DNA from: the human T2T-CHM13v2.0 reference genome, Homo sapiens
Length of the DNA stretch: 64,000 nucleotides
Direction: 5' to 3' (one strand)
NCBI RefSeq assembly: GCF_009914755.1
Contig: NC_060942.1
The notes below the pieces were generated by a model that saw only the letters and a list, made by a program, of their open reading frames with translations, was not told the DNA's origin and did no database searches. Position 1 is the stretch's first letter, and the number at the start of each line of letters is the position of its first letter. This document shows positions 59,135 through 64,000 of the stretch, piece by piece. The translations under genes were made by a program, and so were the position numbers.

Positions 59135-59949
59135 GTAGTTAACTCTAATATTCATTCTAGATCTATAATTTGATAATTCTATGAATGTATCATATATGAT
59201 AATTTTCTTTGAAAATATGAATTTTATAATAATTAGAAGCTATTACTTTGACTTTTTAGAAGCAGTGCAGCTAATTTATTCTTGATTTCTAGAACTGAAA
59301 TTAATTACATACTACATGACCATAAATAAATGTAACTTTAAATCAGTGGTTGTCATCCACCCTGCACAGTTGGATATCTATATTGGCTATCTGGTACTCT
59401 TCCTCTAACATCAGCTGTCTATGGCAGCTATTTTCAGTGATAATGGATGGGATCTAAGTCTCCTTATGAAGGCAGTGTTTGAAGGTGATTCTGATGCATC
59501 TCTCTACCAATCAAAATTGGTGCCATACCAACAACTCTAAATGAGAATTACCATTTGCACTATTGCATGTATTTTTAATACCTAATATAAGCAGAATATG
59601 TCCAAGCTATCTGTTCAATTAGCTAGTTTAATAAAAATTAAAAAATATATGTACGTGGTATTTCTTTCCTGCTTTAAAAACTGTTGGAAGGGGGTGGTGA
59701 AGGGCCATTGAAGTTGTCCATTTGACATGGAATAGTGGCTTTTGGATCAACATGATGATGAGTTATGGCACTGTTAAAAATCCCCAGTCAGCTAGATGAT
59801 TGCAGCATAAAATGGGCAGTATATCTCTGATAATAACACTTTTTCATTTATTTTTAATTTTATTATGCAAGTCCTCTGACCTGCCTAATAAGCTACCCTG
59901 GTATCTCCAGTTTTTTTCTGTTAACTCACAACTTTCTGGGCAGCTGACT

Positions 59950-61700
<1,751 letters not shown>

Positions 61701-63419
61701 AAATTCACTTTAGATGGGAAAACAATTTTGGCAAAAGGGATGGAAACATGATGAATATGTATGCAGGTAAATGGGTAGGTGGAGGGAGAGGGAATAGGTG
61801 GAGTCTTTTTCTGTGGTTCTAGTTTCTTTGTTGGGCAGGAGACTGCCTATTGGCTGTGAGGCGGCAGGAGGTGGCAGAGTAGGAAACAATGAAAATGGAG
61901 ATGGTTCACATAGCCACTGTGGAGTATGAAAGAACAAGGATAACTGATGTTTGAAGAGACGTTGTAGGACGTTAGAGTCCCAGAATGATGTTAAGATGCA
62001 CAAAAGGTCCAGTTTGAACTAGAAGCTATAAATTTGTAATGACTCCAATTTTCAAAGTTGTGCCTTTTTTTTTTCTAGGCTTATTCAGCATCCCTCATAT
62101 AGCAGTTTAGAAATCAGAACATTTGAATTTTCCAGGATCGTGATTTTTGCCAATGAATACAGTAGAAGGACAAATAATTAACAGACAATTACATCATTAA
62201 TGGAGTGATTGAAGTGATGGGCCGCAAAATCTAGTCTCCTAAGGGGAGGAAACAAGTAGTGGAGACCACTTTTTTTAAAGAACAGATACAGAAAAAAATC
62301 AACCAATGGAAATGAAAGAGTGGTTGCTATTTCTTTTCAAATGGTTGTTCTATCATACTAAATGAAATCTCATTCTGCAAAGTTTTTAACAATCTACTGA
62401 TATAGACTAATAAATCAGTGATGGCTAGAAGCAAAACAAGAGATCACTATTTAACAATGATTTGATGTTGAAGGTTGAGAAACTTCACGAGGCAAAGCCA
62501 GCTCTTCTAGGTCTTTTCTTATCAATTCAGATGTCCATTGACATTTTTACTTTTAATAGAGTTTTCTTAACACAAAAAATAAAAATGTCAAATTCCAATT
62601 CTATCCTTCAGAGATTTCTAAAAATTTCTTTTCAGATAGATTGATGGATACATGGAAGAGAGAAAGAAAAAGAGAGAGAGTAACCACTTTTGAATTCCTG
62701 AGGCTCACGTTGACTCAGTTCTTCTGTTTGGCTACACATAGATGTGTAGAGATGTCTGAGGCTTCTCCCATCACTATACAGCCAAATGGTTAGGGTCCTA
62801 CTTTCATTTGAACGTGTTCTTAATATGTTAGTTTGGAAGCGGACATATCCATAGGGACAAATCATGTGAAGACTCAGGAAAGGAAGGCATTTATTAACAA
62901 AAAAGTAAAAATTAAAATAAATGCAGAAAAGTATAGAGGGAAATAAAAGGTCGGGTGAAAATCCATTTTGGTATCAATTTAAGCAGAAACACAAAAATAT
63001 TTTATAATATTTGATTCATATTATATATTGTCCTGAAAATTTTTATTTGTTTTTACTTGATAAACTAAGGAGATATTGGACACTGGTAGATATTTATCTA
63101 AATGATCATTTTAGGCATGGAAAAAAATCCTATAATAACATCATGAGTTTTGTTTATTTTAATATTTACTATTATTATTAGCCAATTTCTTAATAAGAAA
63201 TATTCAATTCTATTGGTTATTATATATTTATGAGGGTTTATACAAGATGACAATGTTTTAAATCAGTGAGTAAACAAATAATTATACATTAGTGGGATTA
63301 CTGGATATTTATTTTTAAGAAATAATGATATTTGCTTTTCACCTTATAGGCAATAATAAATTTTACATGGAGCAAATATTAAAAATTTAAATAAAAATAT
63401 AGAAATAAAATAACAAACA

Positions 63420-63790
63420 CGGTTAATTAAAAGAAAATCTTGAGATGGGGAAGTTCTTCTGAAGCAGGGTTTAAAGTCCAAAACCAGAAAGAGTGTGGCT
63501 ACATAAGCTTTAGACCTCCATCGTACTTAAGTTACTACGTCTTCATAATGTGTATTCATACGTTCAAGGCACATTCTTCTACATTAGCCTTTATTTAAAA
63601 AATCTATCTTGGCTATTCTCAGACATCATTCTTCTCAACAAACTTTAGAATCTTTCAGATAATCTTTGTTTTTCACTACCCCTAAAACAAACTCTATCGG
63701 GATTTAGGTTGGCAATGCATCATGTTTATGTATTAGTTGGAGTAAAATTATTACCTTTGCAGGATTGAAACTTCGAGCCTATAAATTGTC
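63420..63790. mobile_element. Highly decayed L1M fragments
   Basis: tcttggctattc...aaactttagaatc is an antisense L1M-like motif. Weak similarity only. Confidence 0.4.
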
Positions 63791-64000
63791 TTTGGCTTTG
63801 CAAATGAATCTGTTTTATTAATAATAGTTAAAATGTATTAGTATGCAAACATGTAAACCACTGGTAAACCAATTAAAATACAGTTTATATAGGTGAAACT
63901 CAAAACAGTTTCAAGCCCATTGCAATAACCACGGAATCCTTAGTGGTTTATATCCCACAGGTTGGAAATCATTGCCTCAGATAATGATTTATTTTTTGCT

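Overview
AT-rich, repeat-dense primate (probably human) intergenic DNA. It has no intact protein-coding gene, RNA gene or prokaryote-type system. The only gene-derived sequence is an intronless, multiply disabled retrocopy of the RBR E3 ligase gene ARIH2 (16474-18655; probably the annotated ARIH2P1, from memory). The most unusual structure lies just 3' of it: a 1.25 kb L1 3' end flanked by a ~170 bp direct duplication that starts with the retrocopy's own 16 bp target-site duplication (TSD), so that 16-mer occurs three times. The window also contains two 5'-inverted (twin-primed) L1 insertions, a CpG-intact truncated AluY with a perfect TSD, four TSD-bounded solo LTRs within 3.7 kb (MER4-family, LTR8-like, LTR7/HERV-H, LTR2-family), and nested Tigger, MER1, MaLR, L2 and MIR relics. 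Repeat family names come from recalled consensus sequences, not a database search. I found no evidence of a novel functional biological system. The interesting signals are footprints of retrotransposition mechanisms.
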